From the human T2T-CHM13v2.0 reference genome, Homo sapiens: a stretch of DNA of 64,000 bases. Both the position numbers and the translations under genes were made by a program. This document shows positions 27,190 to 40,085 of the stretch, in pieces. Each line of letters begins with the position of its first letter. Within the stretch, counting starts at the first letter, position 1. The notes under the pieces are model-generated. The model did not search any database, was not told the origin of the DNA, and saw only the letters and a program-made list of their open reading frames with translations. The stretch lies in assembly GCF_009914755.1 (NCBI RefSeq), contig NC_060926.1; one strand, written 5' to 3'.

Positions 27190-30100
27190 CAAATGATAGC
27201 TCTTAGCCCATTGCATTGTCATGTGCTGTGCTTGAAGGAAGGATGGTGTCCTCTTATCTCTTCATTGTCATTTCCTTCCTATCTTCTCTTCTTTCTCCAT
27301 GAAAAAATCGACTTTGAATCTCAGGCCATCAGGCTATCCCAAATACCAGTCCTCCTTGTTTCTGTTATTAACTCATACTTGGAGACCATTTTCTCTTGAT
27401 TTTTGAGGATTTTTGATCCTGGCTCATTGTCACTCTTTTTATACCACTCCTGCTTTTTGGTAATTTCAATTTCCCTCCAACCTAATGTTACCCTGCTAAT
27501 ATCCTGGCTTCTAAGTCACTGACCTCCTTTCTTCCTATGTTCCTCTCATCTATGTTTTCCAGCCATTCGCTCACATTTGCTCTCTTGTCTTACCCTAACC
27601 ATGTGCCCTCCATATTTTCCATTCCCAGTATCACATTCTGCTATGTTTCCAGCCCACTCCCTCCAGGAACTCCTCTCCAACCTCCCTTTGACCTCATCAG
27701 AATCTACAATTTCTCCATGATATCAATGTTACACTTTTCCTGGCTTGCCTTCAATTCAATCCTCTTTTAATCCAGCTTAAATTCTGGTGACCAATAATTA
27801 TAATCCCTCCCTTGCATGAATTTTTTGTCACTCTCTCACTTCATCATAGGCAAAAACACAGCCCTACTTAAATCTAACTCTTTGTCTACTCCATGCCTGC
27901 AACTGTGCAACTGAATACGACTGAAGAAAAGCGTAAAACCGTGATGAATGGCCTCACTTTAAATTCATGACCACTAATCTCAAGTGGGCTCTTAATGTTA
28001 ACTGGAAAATATATTTCCATATCCATTTCTCTCCCACTCTACCAGTGGAGTATGTCATATTTTTAGTTCTTTCCTTAAATCTTTAATACCTCTTCCCCTA
28101 TCCTTATTAGTTGATGACTTGGTTCCTTCTTCTCAGCAACATACTTTACTGATAAAATAAAAGCAACCAGAAAAGAACTTCTGCAAACTCCAGCCACATC
28201 TACTCGCTTGCCTGCACCTGTACCTATTATACTCTACTTTTCCTTCTGGTACTGATATGGTTCCGATGACTGGAGGAACACCAGTGTTCTTAGTCTCATA
28301 CCGATTTTGATAAAATGACACAGACACACATGGAGTGGTTTTAAGGAGCAGAGAGTTTAATAAGAAAGAAGGAGGAAGCTCCCCCATACAGAGACAGAGG
28401 GAGGGGAACTCCAAAGCTGAAAGAGGAAACTCTGTGTGCTGTGGAAAAGTGGCTGCTTATCTAAGGAGGCTGGAGGAGGAAGTGACTGATTTGTATAGGG
28501 CTCAGGATATTGGTTTGACTAGGCATGGTAGCCGGCAAAAAAATCTGGCCCTCCCACTCTAGCTTTTTAATATGTAAATGCAGGCCACCATGATGTTCTA
28601 CCCACGTGGGGATATATGGGGGCAGCCATGTTGCCAGGCACATGTTGGGCCAAGGGCAAGAAGAATGCAGGAATCACCATGTTTGGGTGGACCCAGTTTC
28701 TAATGGCCAGCATGGCCCATCTAAGAGCTGGGGCTTTCCTGCTAGACAACAAACATTTCTGGAGCTGCTTTAAAAGAAACAAAAACTTCCCAAGGAACCC
28801 TTTTCCTCTCTATCTGCCAAAAGTAACTTCTTAATAACTCCTATAACAGTACCATAGATGCAATGTCCATGCTTCTAGCTGATGTGAGTGTCTCTACTTG
28901 TGCACCAAGTCCCAACTCCTCTGTGCTGTCTGAAGACATCACGGCAGCAATTATCCCCTCTTTTTCCCAAACCATGATTTTCTCTTCTCTATTAAGTCTT
29001 TTTCACCAACATAATAACTTGCTTTTTATTCTTCTACCTTCTTTTTACCTCTACTTCATTCTCGAGCCACTATTTATTTCTGCCTTTCCCTTTACAGAAA
29101 ATTTCCTGGAAAGTGTTTTCTATATTTGCTGGGATTCATTTTCTTTCATAATTCTTCCTTGATTCCACCCCATGTTTTCTCCACACCACTCCATTAATGT
29201 TGCTCTTGGCAGCCCCATCAGTCTGCTCTTGGCAGACCTCAGATCCAGTGGTAAGTCCTTGGTGCTCAACTTATTCCATCTACTAGCAGTATTTTACATG
29301 TTCTATCTTGAAACACATTCTTCAATTGACTTTCAGGACACCCCCACCCCTGATGTTTTGCCTCACACCTCATTTGCCACTACTTTTTAAACTTCTTTTT
29401 GAGTTTTTCCTCATCTCCCTGACCTCTTAATGGTGGAGTACCAAGGACTTCATTTTGGAATTTTTATTTTCCTGTTTATGCTCACTTTCATTCTCTTGGG
29501 GCTTTACATACTGCTTAAGTACTGTTGATATGCTGACAACTCTAGAATCTCTCTCTCTCTCTCTCTCTGTCTATGAATTCTAGATTCATAGAAGCAACTA
29601 CCTATGTCACATCCCCTGTTAAATGTCTAATAGGCTTACCAAGTTTAATGTGTCTAAATATTAAGCTTCTGATCTTCCTGACCCCAACCCCAAGCAAATA
29701 TCTTCTATCTCATCTTTGCCCCATTTCAAATAATGCCATTCTTCCAGAAACTCTGGCCAGAAACCTTGAATTCTTCCTGGAGTCCTTTCTATTTCTCACA
29801 TCCTATCCCAAAATGATGCTAAATCTTTTCCACCTCTTTTCCTGAATGTCCTTTACCCAGAAAACCCATGACTCTCTTCTTCACCTCCATTGGATTTTTA
29901 CTTAAATGCCACTCTGAGGCCCTCCCTGACCTTGTATTTAAAATTTCAACCCCCTATTCTCAACACGTACTATCCACTTCCCTGCATTATTTTTCTCTGT
30001 TGCATATATCCCCACTAAAAAAAATGTTATTTATTTATTTTGTTTATTGTCTGTTTGTCTCTCCCATCCTTCCACTGCAATATTATACATTCTTTGAAGA

Positions 30101-30200
30101 CAGGACATTTTTTTTATTTGCTTACTGCTCTATCCCCAGTACCTAAAACAACACAACACATGGTAGGAACTCACTAATAGTTATAGAATGTGTTAGGAAT
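27190..30200 (+). mobile_element. Long L2 LINE (~2.4 kb), split by an ERV1 LTR
   Basis: Continuous C/T-rich L2 ORF2-like and 3' text on both sides of the LTR, ending tatccccagtacctaaaaca...catggtaggaactca. Confidence 0.75.
28253..28848 (-). mobile_element. ERV1 solo LTR (LTR9-like), 596 bp
   Basis: TG...CA termini and 4-bp TSD GTAC at 28249-28252 and 28849-28852. Minus strand begins TGTTATAGGAGTTATTAAGAAG. Confidence 0.85.
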
Positions 30201-30609
30201 ACCTCTTTCAAGTAACCATTTTGAGGCTTGCATCCCCATCACCCATCCTGAATATCACAAGGTTTCTTGTCTACTCCATGAGCGATAGGACCACTTTGCT
30301 TTCCTGCTGAGAGTGAAGCAGTTCTCAGAGGGGAAGCCCAGTAATGTACTCTTGCATGAAAGAAAGCCTGTGGTTTTGATGTGTTAAGGCCTTGGGTATG
30401 ATGGTTTGCTAGCATTAAGGTGGTGGTGAATAATTCCCTTCCTTCCTGCAATGCAGCATTTTGGGAGATAACAACATCTTATTTTCAGTCTGAATCATTT
30501 CTCATGACCTGTTCATTTTTAGCCGCATGCTCATTCTTCTGTATACCATAGTCATAGGTTTTTGTTCATCTCTGCACTGCCCTGCCCCACCCCACCCACC
30601 TTTTCTAAA

Positions 30610-31125
30610 GTCAGCCTCGATCAGCCAGGGTCCCACTAGAAGTACAGAACCCACTCTGAGGAGTTAAAACAAACACAGAGAATTGTTTCCACAGCTATAT
30701 AGAATGCAGGGAGGATGCTGAGAAAGCATCCAGTACAGAGGGAGGCAAACCAGAAATGAGTGATGGTAGGAAGCTCCTACCCTAAGTCTGAAGGGACCAG
30801 AAGGGAGTGTTGTTACTGGAGCACTGGGGTGACAGTCACCTGGTGAAAAATGGAATCAGGGCAGTTCATCACAGGGTTTTCTGGAGACCCAGAGGAGAAA
30901 CAGTGGCTCCTGGGAATCACACCCTAAATGCAGAAGAGGGAATTTCTCCCTCCTTCCCACCCACATCCAATCTTCCATTAGTACCTTTCTTGGCATAGGA
31001 TCCTGGAAAACACAGTCTGCAGGGGTCAGCTAGCCTTCTCCCTCCACTGCTTCCCCACCCTTTGTGATACATAGCAGAGCAGGGGGAAATTTGAGAAACA
31101 GATCTGAAGGTAAACAGCTCCATGA
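30610..31125 (-). mobile_element. Old ERVL/MaLR-type LTR (subfamily uncertain)
   Basis: cagggtcccactagaagtacagaacccactct ... cagtctgcaggggtcagc ... atagcagagcagggg. Confidence 0.45.
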
Positions 31126-32260
31126 ACAGGCATACAAGTTGGGATTTTGGTCATTTCTAGCAGTCAGAAGTTAATTACCCCAGAAGATCTGAAGATGCCT
31201 ATAAGAATCTTCAAGATATGAAGTACAACCAAGCTTACACTTAACATCTTGGGGTAAGGTGGTGAGGTTTTGTTGTGGAGTGCTGACAGAAACTTAGGAT
31301 AGTGCAGAAGGGGAGGGAGAGGAGGGCCTCCAGCTTTGAGGCTGTTTCAGTTCCCACTAGGGTCATCCCTCTCTCACTAACAGACCCATTCAGTGGGAGG
31401 TTGTGTCTGGGACTTGGGCACCAACACTCAGTTTCCCACTCACTTCCAGTGTTCACAGTTGTTGGCAAACTTCCTTCGCATTAGTGGGGCTCCGATTTTC
31501 AAGAATCCAGAAATTCTCAAAAGGGCTATTAAGCTATTAACCATAGTTCTAAAGGATCATATTGTGAAAGCTATAATTGCCTACAGTAGGTCCCAAATAG
31601 AAAAGTAAATATGAAACCTTCTTTTACAAAAAGTTAAATGATGGGAAAGAACTACTTTTGATTAGTTCTTTGATTAACCTTTATCTCTTGACTCATTATC
31701 TGAGTAGAATCACAAACTGAATCGCAAACTGAGTAGAATCACATGACTTTCTGGATGGAACTGTTCATATATTGTCATCTACCTGCAAAAATAGCAGGTA
31801 TACCTATTACATCTCCCACCTAATAACAGATTATTTTACAGCTACTTTTTATTTAGTTAAATCTCAGCATTGACAGCTGGGTGCAGCCAGGAGATGAACA
31901 CAAGCTTAGGGGAATCCTAAAGAAGTTGATCATGCCCTACTTGTTCAATGCCGTTTTACCAGCCCAAGGCAGATCCAAGTTGGGGGAGATAAAAAGCTTT
32001 AAATAGTATAAGTCAAAGATATTAAAAGTGTGGATGTTTCACTGGATTGGAATTTTAATATCTGAGAGAAGCTGAAGAAGCAATAGGATTACCCAGTGTG
32101 GAGGATAATGAGTTAAGAGATCAAGGTTAATAGAAAATTGTTTTCTGCTTTCATACACCAAATCCAGCTCATTCAATAGTTAGGTTTTTCAGAGAACAAA
32201 TAACCTTGTGGATTGTGATTACCGTTGTGAACAAGGTGAGATCAGAAGAGGTCTCTTTCA

Positions 32261-32627
<367 letters not shown>

Positions 32628-33003
32628 AATAGTATTCTCATCTCATTAGTGGAAATAACATGAGTGAAGGTCACAAGGCAGAAGCTTCTAGTGATATAGG
32701 AATGGACCAAAGTACCAGAAGCATCAGATGCATAGTATATCAGAGGGAGAGATCATTGGAGAGTGCATTGGAGTCAGGGGCCTAATGCCACAGTGGCTCT
32801 GAGATCTTGGCCTTGGTTTTGAAATTAGTTATAAAGGCAATAAGAAGACATTAAAGTATTTGGAGCCACCAGATTTGTGTTTAAAAAATAATAATCCTGG
32901 CTTTTCTGAGGTCAATGTATTGCTGATGAGTAAGGTGGACATAGAGGCATGTGTTGGAAGCATTTTACTTGTTGAAATAAGACGTGGTAGTAGCTTGGCC
33001 TAG

Positions 33004-33798
33004 AGATAGTGCCAGAAGACAGACAGGGGCGGGTCCCCCATGAAACCCTACCTTCAAGCCGAGACAGTTTAAAGCCTGGAAGCCAAGCTATGAGTCAAAT
33101 CCACGTTCTGGATTGAGAGTCTCTTTTCCCATTTGGTGGCTTTCTTCTGATTGATCCTCACCCTTCACCTATTTTACATATACCTACCCTTCCCTAATTG
33201 GTTTTCTATACTGTTGTGCCCACCTTTCAGTGGTGCCTTTGTTTTAAGCTTTTTTTGCATACTCACAAACCAATCAGCACATACTCCCCATTCTGAGCTC
33301 ATAAAAGCTCTGGATCCAGCTACACTGGGAGGGAGACCACCCTTGCAGATGCTGGCAGGTCAGTGCTCCCTCTGAAGGCTCTAATGGAGAGCCTTTTCTT
33401 GCTCTTCCAGCTTCTAGTCACTCCATACATTCCTCAGCTTGTGAGGAACTGAATGCTGTTCTGTCACTCAATAGAATTCTTCTCTGCCCTCCTCACACTT
33501 TGATTGTCCACATAACCTTATTCTTCTTAGATGCAGGACAAGAACTTGGGAACCACCAAACATGGGTATGAGCTGTAACACAAGTCGGCTGGGGCAGGCC
33601 CAGCCTAGCCACAGGCTAAGCACAGAACCTGCGGCGAGTGCAGGATCCAGGCTGGTGTGCAAGCCAGGTGTGACCCAGCAGGCCAAGTGAATGGGGCACC
33701 TCCTGTAGCAGGCCCAGGACTGAGCAAGGCCCAGGTGGGGATGTCACTGGCTGTGGAGGTCCCTGGCTGGCAAAGTGACTGAGAAAAATCCTGCATCA
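33004..33798 (+). mobile_element. ERV1 solo LTR (LTR1/LTR27/LTR28/MER52 group) inserted in an antisense L2
   Basis: CCAAT box (accaatcagc), cataaaagc TATA-like motif, terminus aaaaatcctgcatCA; 4-bp TSD CTAG at 33000-33003 and 33799-33802. Confidence 0.85.
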
Positions 33799-33894
33799 CT
33801 AGGTTATTGGGAGAAGAAACAGAAAGATGGTGGATATCAGGGAGAATTGGTAGGTAGAACTTTGACCACGTAGTGTAGGATTAATTAAGAAGCT

Positions 33895-34355
33895 ATAGTG
33901 GATGTTATTGGTGCCCTGTTCTTGCCTTCTCTCTTGGCAGATTTGCCCATTTCCCATCTGCTATGAGTGTTGGATGCTAGTTGCTCACAGCTGCTACCTT
34001 CTCTGGAGCTTTTCCCCAGCAAGATAGTAGTTGCAGTGTTGGGGAAGTTAGGTCCTACAATCTGTCACTCCTGAGGAAGCTGGAACTGACATGTGGCAAC
34101 AAAAGGCCAGTCTCCTTCCTTGCCTCAAGGTGGGACGAGCTGAGTGCACAATTTGCATTCCAGAGCTTCTGTATGGGATCATGTTGAAGCTAGACTCACT
34201 TACATTTTTTGCCCAGCCCTCTCCTGTTTTTCTCACTCCCCTTCTGAGAGCACTAATTAAATAAATCACTTGACTATCACTAAATCAATTTCAATATCAT
34301 AAGTTACTTGAGAATTCTTGTCTGAGCCTCTGCTTTTAGGGAACCCAACCTAAAA
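33895..34355 (+). mobile_element. ERVL-type solo LTR (LTR33/40/41-like)
   Basis: aataaatcacttg ... tctgagcctctgcttttagggaacccaaccta, a typical ERVL LTR 3' end. Confidence 0.55.
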
Positions 34356-35526
34356 GAATTAATTTTCAGCAGGTTACTTTTGACATGACTATGAGGTATC
34401 CAAGTAATAACATCAAATAGGTAGATTGATATAGGACTCAACCTTAGAGAGATAGAGTATTTGGGCATTAGTAGCATGTGAATAGTATTAACAGCCAGAG
34501 GAATGGATGGAATTTCCAAGGAGGTATGTAACTAGATAGGACGGTTTACGGCTGAGCTGTGAGATCTCTGACGTTTAGAGGTAGAAGTTAAGGATTCAGC
34601 AAAAGAGAGAGTATGATGTCTTGGAAACTGAAGAAACACTATATCTAGATTTTGAGGTTGCAATAGGGTTCCATCAAATGAAATTATATAAAGTATTAGA
34701 CTTACTAGTGGTCACTGACTGTCTTCTTTAATATACAATATGCAGAAAATTCAACAAATGTGATATTCTGTTAAAGAATCTTTTAATCATTGATACCTGC
34801 AAATTGATACTTTCAGAGTCTTTATAATTCTAGGTAGGGTTATTTTATGTTAACTGCACAATTAACTCATGTCATCAATGAAGGTTTTTTCATTTGAATT
34901 AAGTCCCCAGTCCCTATAAAATGAGAATTTTCCTCATTTGCTGAAGTCTTCCAATTACTTTCTAAGTTGAATTAGTAGTGCACTAAACTTTTATTTCCAG
35001 AGAAATGAGTTCAAGTAGAGGTCATCCATGCAAATGAGTTGAGTGATCTCAAACTAGCTTATAAGGGTGTCAGAAAGTTCTATCTATATTGGTTTATTTT
35101 TAAAGGCAAAGGAAAGATTAAAATATGGATTTGATGTATTTATTTAAAGTGAGATTTGAAAATGACTGTACTTTTGTCTAAATCCCAGCACCCATCCAGC
35201 TACTTATCAGGGAGCAAAGTTCATGACAGGCCTGAGAATCCCAAGATCAAGAGGCAACAAACCAAAGGTGTGAGGCGAGTATCAAAGATCCCCTGAGTTA
35301 AAGATACTATGGACAGTGGGGCTATAAATTATCAAAGTTTATACCAAGATATAAGGTTCTTATTACAACAAAACCCAAAGCTCTCAATTCTTGTTTAATC
35401 TCTGCAATATTTTGAGTTAGTTATTCTTCAGCTTAATAACGGCGCAAATTTTTTTTTTTAAAAGCTAAGCAACTGAAATAAATCATCTTGTGAAAGTTGG
35501 CTCATGGTAGTTTCACAATATACTGG

Positions 35527-35983
35527 TGTGGTGGACTAAATGGTGTTTCTCAAAAAAATATGTCCATGTCTCAATCTCCAGAACTTGTGAATGTGCCCTT
35601 ATTTGGAAAAAGAATCTTTGAGGATGTCATTAAGTAAAGAATTTCAAGATGATATCAGCCTGGGTTATCTGGGTGTGCCTTAAATCCAACGACCAGTGTC
35701 TCTAAAACAGGCAAAACAAGAGAAGACAAACAGAAGAAAGGCACAGGAAGACAAAGACAGAGATTAGAGCTCTGCAGCCACAAGCTGAGGAATATATGGA
35801 GTGACCAGAAGCTTGAAGAGCAAGAAGAGGCTCTCCACTAGAGCCTTCGGAGGGAGCACAGGCTTGCCAATGTCTTAATCTCAGACATCTGGCCTCTAGA
35901 GCTCTAAGAGAAAAAAAACTTTTGTTACTGTAAGCCACCAAGTGTGTGGTGATTTGTCACAGCAGCTACAGAAAACTAATACA
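35527..35983 (+). mobile_element. MLT1B/C MaLR solo LTR
   Basis: tgtggtggactaaatgg...gtgaatgtg..cttatttggaaa...taagccacc...cagcagc..cagaaaactaataca. Confidence 0.88.
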
Positions 35984-36059
35984 AGTAACAGCATTTAAAC
36001 TGTACGATAACTATAACACAAATAATAGTAAAACATGGAACACATACTCTGTGAGAGAG

Positions 36060-36300
36060 GTTACTGAGCACCTACTCACATTCTACCAGCACTATGTGCT
36101 CAGAACTAGAGGCTCTTTTTGTCAGCTCAAACTTATGAAACCCTAGGCAAGATTATCCCCATTTTACAGCTCACAAAATGGGGGCTCAAAAAGGTTAAAA
36201 TGTTTTCCAGAAGGCCACTACAAGTAAGTGAGTCAGTGGGGATTTGTGTCCAAGTCTGTCTAACCTCAAAACTTCTGCTCTTTCTAGTATACCATTCAGC
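36060..36300 (-). mobile_element. MIR SINE
   Basis: ttactgagcacctact...attatccccattttacag. Confidence 0.7.
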
Positions 36301-37594
36301 TTCTTCCACCTGGGTCTCATTTATTTTAGGCCATTTTAAAATTACAGTAAACTGTTCTTGTAGATAGAATAGTCTTATACAAATATTGGCTGCTAGACAG
36401 AGACTTAGTGTCATTAAAGGCACCGTACTCATCTTTCTTCTTGAAAACATTTTTTTTCTGACATCCTTATTCTCTTTCTAGAGAAAGGTTGCAAGTTAAC
36501 TATTGCTGAGTCAGACTCGCATCCTTCTTTGCTTAACATCATCAGAAATATTTTTAGAAAACTGAAAACAATTCAAGAGACCGACGAGTCAATCGTAAGT
36601 AGTTATCAGAAAAATAGGCAAAAGTTAAATTTGTTGGGTATGAATTCCTAGTATAAACTGTAACACTAAGTTTGTCAAAGTCTGACCTAAACTCTCAGCA
36701 CATTTTGGGGATGATTGAAAAAGTTTCCCTGTTTATCATTGTCAGAAGATGGTCATTCCTTGCATTAGAAATTGCACCAAAAAATACCCTCGAAATGATA
36801 ACTTCAAGGAAAATAAGATAGTGGTGTAACTACCCCTCAAAAGCCCTTCCTAAATTGTTAATGCACTCCTGGTTTTCCTCAAATAAAGTGGGCAAATTGC
36901 TGAGACTGTGAACATTTGTTATTGTCATAGCAGAAGGTAAACTATTTTCATAAATATGCAAATATCTCCTACTGGGCTTCTATAATACTTCCAGCAACTC
37001 TGCTGCCGTGTATGTCTATTTCAAATCTGATGATATTAAAAAGGAGGAGAAAATGCAGAGCATGCAGCTTGGAATTATTTCTGCCCAGGAAAGCTGGCAA
37101 TTAGAGCTGGGATAGGCAAGCAGGCCTGGGATAATGGACAGTACCAAGATAACCTGCTTAATTTGATCTTCCTTGGAGCCTGAAGATGTTGCAAAGTAAT
37201 GAACTTTGTTTCTGTATGAAAAAAACAAACAAACAAAAAACAGCGAAACAATAACAATCTTTTTATGATTTCACTGCTGATGTACTGAGAGGTTTGCAGT
37301 CTGTAAAAGAGCAGTACTATGAAGATCCAAGACAAGAGCCCCTTATCATTACCGGATTGTATTTGCCTATTTATTTTTTTGCAGTATTGGGGCCTTTCTC
37401 TTTACCATTCTGTGAGCTTGTGGAAGTCAGAAATCCCTGAAGGGTATTCCCTCAGGATGTCCACATGCCTAGCCACACTGTGGAAGCAGTAAGGAGAAGG
37501 TTCTCCTGAAGTGACTTAAGTGTAGGTTAAATGAATGAATGAATGAGAGAGGGAGATAGATATAATGGCAAGAATAATTTTGTCATTATATGAC

Positions 37595-37770
37595 AAATTA
37601 CTGGGGTTAAGACTGGGGTTCAGTCCTGGCTCCACCACTCATCAGCTATGCAACCTTGGACAAGCAACAAACTCTGTGCCTCAATTTCCTCACCTATGAT
37701 AATGTCTGTAACTCACTAGGCACTGTACCTGGTTTATGTCAGGTATTGGATTTATGGCAGCTGTTATTAA
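37595..37770 (+). mobile_element. MIR SINE
   Basis: ctggggttcagtcctggctccaccact...tctgtgcctcaatttcctcacctat. Confidence 0.75.
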
Positions 37771-38751
37771 CTTCTCAAGATGGTGAGCTCCCTGGCTGCC
37801 CCAAAATAGATAATAATAAGTATAAAATGTATTATCTATTATTATACAAATTATTCTTAGTGTTGAATTATTCCTAATATTAACGTGATAAATGTAACAA
37901 AATCATGCATAAGAATCAATGGTAACACACACAAAATAAAGAATGTCAAGGAAGACAGGAATAGTTTTACAAGGAAAGGGATAGTTGACCTTATAAAATA
38001 ATAAGTAGAAATTGTTGGAAATAGCCTGAGTTAAGGTTGTGGGGCATTCGGGAATTATAACTATGACTAACCATTGCAAAGATGCAGAAGCATTCCTAGT
38101 GTTCCTAGGATGGCTATAAAACCAGCTTGCCCCCAAATCTTTCCCCTGCAGATGATCCCTTTTCTTGTTGAACACAGTTTTGTCTCCTGAAATCCATCCT
38201 AGGAAGTTAGAACGCCAAAGCGCTGAGGCCTCAGAGTACACAGGTATAATAGATACAATTCTCTTTGGAAAAGACCGAATTTCCCCAGGGAAGGATAGCT
38301 GAGCATGCAGCAAGGAGAGTTCCAGGTTCCATAACACGTGCAGTTTTTCATACATTTGCCATGAAGTAGCCCTACTGAATTCCCCATGTTTGAGGGGAAT
38401 ATATTAACAACTAGCTTCCTACACCATTTCTAGACATCAAAGCTTCAGATCTTGAGCTCCCTTAAAGAGTTGCTGCCTCTTCCGTGTGTACATCCACATT
38501 TGGATTTGGAGGAGGGCTGGGACAGGCCCTGAGATTTCCCAAGGCAGATCTCCATTGGTGTGCATTCCCCAACCCCACTTCCCCCTTCTAATTCTGCAAA
38601 TATTCAAAAGGCCCCTTTTTATGTAGAGATTAGTGAACATCTCACCCTAAAATCGAGCTTCAGGAATTACAGAAAATTTGAGCAGAAATGGTGGAGGGAA
38701 AATGTCTTCTTGTGATGAGGATTCAAAACTTGGAAAAACATTGATCTAGAG

Positions 38752-38940
38752 CAGGGGTTCTCAAACTTCAGCAGGCATTAGAGTCAACTGAAGAACTTTT
38801 TAGAATACAGATTGCTAGTCCTACTCCCAGAGATTCTGATTCAGTAGGTCTTGGATGGGGGTTTTAGAGTTTGCATTTCTAGCAAGTTGCAAATTATGCT
38901 GATGCTGCTGGTCTGGTGATCGGACTTTGAGAAGCAATGG
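38752..38940. mobile_element. MER5A DNA transposon
   Basis: caggggttctcaaactt...gattctgattcagtaggtct...tttgcatttcta...actttgagaagcaatg, with terminal inverted repeats. Confidence 0.88.
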
Positions 38941-39104
38941 CCCAGCAGGTTATGGTAAAGGAAACAAATCTGGCTGGAGAGGAGGGGGTTCTAGATTCTT
39001 AGCTTAAAGATGTCACTAATTAGTGGTAAACATTTTAAGAAATTCTACTCTCCCTCTCTGGGCTTCAGACTCTACAACTGTAATATTGGTGAGGTTGGGA
39101 GCCA

Positions 39105-39615
39105 TACTTTTCCAGATGCCTGTGACAGAAAACTGATTCCTATTAGCTTAAAAACAAAATGGAGCTGATTGGGTAATGAACTAGAAAGTCCATGTGCAGA
39201 TATTTGACTTCATGTGTGCCTGGGTTCAGCTCTCAAACAATGTCACTGGGCTTCTGTACCTTTCCGTCTCTCAGCTGGGCTTCATTCTCAGGAAAGTTCT
39301 CACCTTGCCTGACAGTGGTGCCAAGAGGACCACTAAGAGAATGTATCCTATCCGCTTAGCAGCTACAGGGAGGATCTCTCTCTCAGTAGCTCGAGACAAA
39401 AGTACTGGGGCTGGAGATCATTTCTTGGAGTGGGACTTGTGAACCAATTTGGGACGTGTTGCCCAGTCCAGGGGCATGTGCCAACTCATGAAACTAAAGG
39501 GTAGGGTAAATACAGCTTAGGCCACATGGACCAAAAGTAGGGGAGAGCTGACTCCACAGTAACACCAAGATGTTGCTATCAGAAGAAAGAGGAATGGAGG
39601 GGCCACGGCAGAACA
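39105..39615 (-). mobile_element. Old MLT1 (J/K/L-like) LTR
   Basis: gtgacagaaaac...tagcttaaaaac...ctgggcttcattctcagg. Confidence 0.55.
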
Positions 39616-39864
39616 TTGTAACTTGGGGATGGATAAATCAGATCAATTATGTTTCAACTTGTTTTTTTTTTAACCTGTGGACCAGCAGCCAAGAAGATTA
39701 CTCTAAAAGGGTTCATGCTTTGAAAGTCAGCGTAAGTTTTTCTTTTTTCTCCTCTTTTGTGATACAAAATTATGTTGACTATTTTTACATGCTTTTAAAA
39801 TACCACCCCCTCCCTGGGGATATGACTCCCTGGATGGGATCAGGGCAGATGTCGTTGCCAGTGA

Positions 39865-40085
39865 GGGAGCAGGGATTTTGGAGCCTGTCAGACCTGAGTT
39901 TAAATCCAAGCAACACCATTGACTGTGTAACCCTGAGCAAATAGCCTTGTCCTTTCTGTTTCTGTGGAATGAGATATCAATACCTATCTTCCCGGGTGAT
40001 GGTGGGAATCAAATTAGGTGATGTCTATAAAGCACCTGTCCCAGTACAAAGACTCAACAGATGGAAACTACTTTTATTATTATTG
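39865..40085 (+). mobile_element. MIR SINE
   Basis: ttttggagcc..tcagacctgagtttaaatcc...ctgtgtaaccctgagcaa. Confidence 0.7.

Noticed and set aside
37903-38355. 150-aa ORF (also 7339-7785 and 39570-39944)
   Set aside because: No recognisable domain or splice context; lengths are compatible with chance. BLASTP/PhyloCSF would settle it.
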